A stretch of 62,960 nucleotides of DNA, the filler included, from Sphacelaria rigidula (Eukaryota), in assembly GCA_964200075.2 (NCBI GenBank). It is 11 parts of 11 records of this genome, joined end to end, with 100 filler letters (N's around TTAATTAATTAA, not from the genome) between each part and the next. Parts side by side here need not be neighbours in the genome. Positions count along the whole stretch, not along the records: positions 57,329 to 62,960 come from CAXNAA020025711.1; 10 more parts are not named here. One strand, 5' to 3'. Under the pieces are notes generated by a model. The model did not search any database, was not told where the DNA came from, and saw only the letters and a list, made by a program, of their open reading frames with translations. Below are positions 62,560 through 62,960 of this stretch, one piece after another; positions within the stretch are counted from its first letter, which is position 1, and every line of letters starts with the position of its first letter. The position numbers and the translations under genes were made by a program.

Positions 62560-62927
62560 GGGGAGGGGGACGTACTCATGATTTTGCACGCCGTAGTCGT
62601 AAGACCGTTGATCTCGCATCCCTACACGGGAAGGAGCACGCCGGGTTTTCGCCGAACCACGCTCGCAATCGATCATCAACCGCGATATCGTGGTGTGTTC
62701 GGCGAGTCGCATGAAGGGAGAGCTGCATCCTGGCAAGATTGTTCGGCCCGAAGCGTGCTGATTATCTTGCATTTGGATGGCGGCCTCCAATTAGTTGCTT
62801 CATCCGTGCCATCATCACTTCCAGAGACAGCCACGGTTTATACACTGCCTCAAGGGTGTCTCACCATGGAGGGGGGGGGGGGGGGCGTACTCATTTGTTG
62901 CTTGCCTTAGTCGTTTGACCATTGACC
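62560..62927 (+). repeat. Family R1 copy
   Basis: GTACTCATGA..GCCGTAGTC...GAGCTGCATCCTG...CCAGAGACAGCCACGG...GGCGTACTCATTTGTTGCTTGCC. Confidence 0.8.
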
Positions 62928-62960
62928 GGGGGGGGGGGGGGGAAAGGCCTTTGGGTGGAA

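Overview
Eukaryotic, intron-rich and TE-dense DNA, most likely from a brown alga (Phaeophyceae); this is inferred from the repeat landscape and exon style. The window is not contiguous. It is 11 size-sorted scaffolds (8 x 5633 bp, then 3 x 5632 bp) joined by 100-nt N linkers carrying TTAATTAATTAA, so adjacency across linkers means nothing. Gene fragments rebuilt from phase-compatible exons: a Dicer-like RNase III protein (4 exons, 51971-56415, +), an MCTP-like C2/transmembrane protein (3 exons, 19830-22680, -), an unknown multi-TM protein (40394-42406, -), a WW-domain exon (49132-49233, -), a 3.66-kb low-complexity terminal exon (58648-62308, -) and a weaker + strand gene (25046-27549). Mobile DNA: a Ty3/gypsy 3' end with tandem chromo-like and Tudor-like domains, a decayed Ty3/gypsy pol, copia remnants, hAT, PIF/Harbinger, Tc1/mariner and Sola-like non-autonomous elements, a tRNA-derived SINE, and several foldbacks. 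The most unusual unexplained structure is a ~3.7-kb hierarchical array (35350-39030) that looks like a decayed ~60-65 aa protein tandem repeat.
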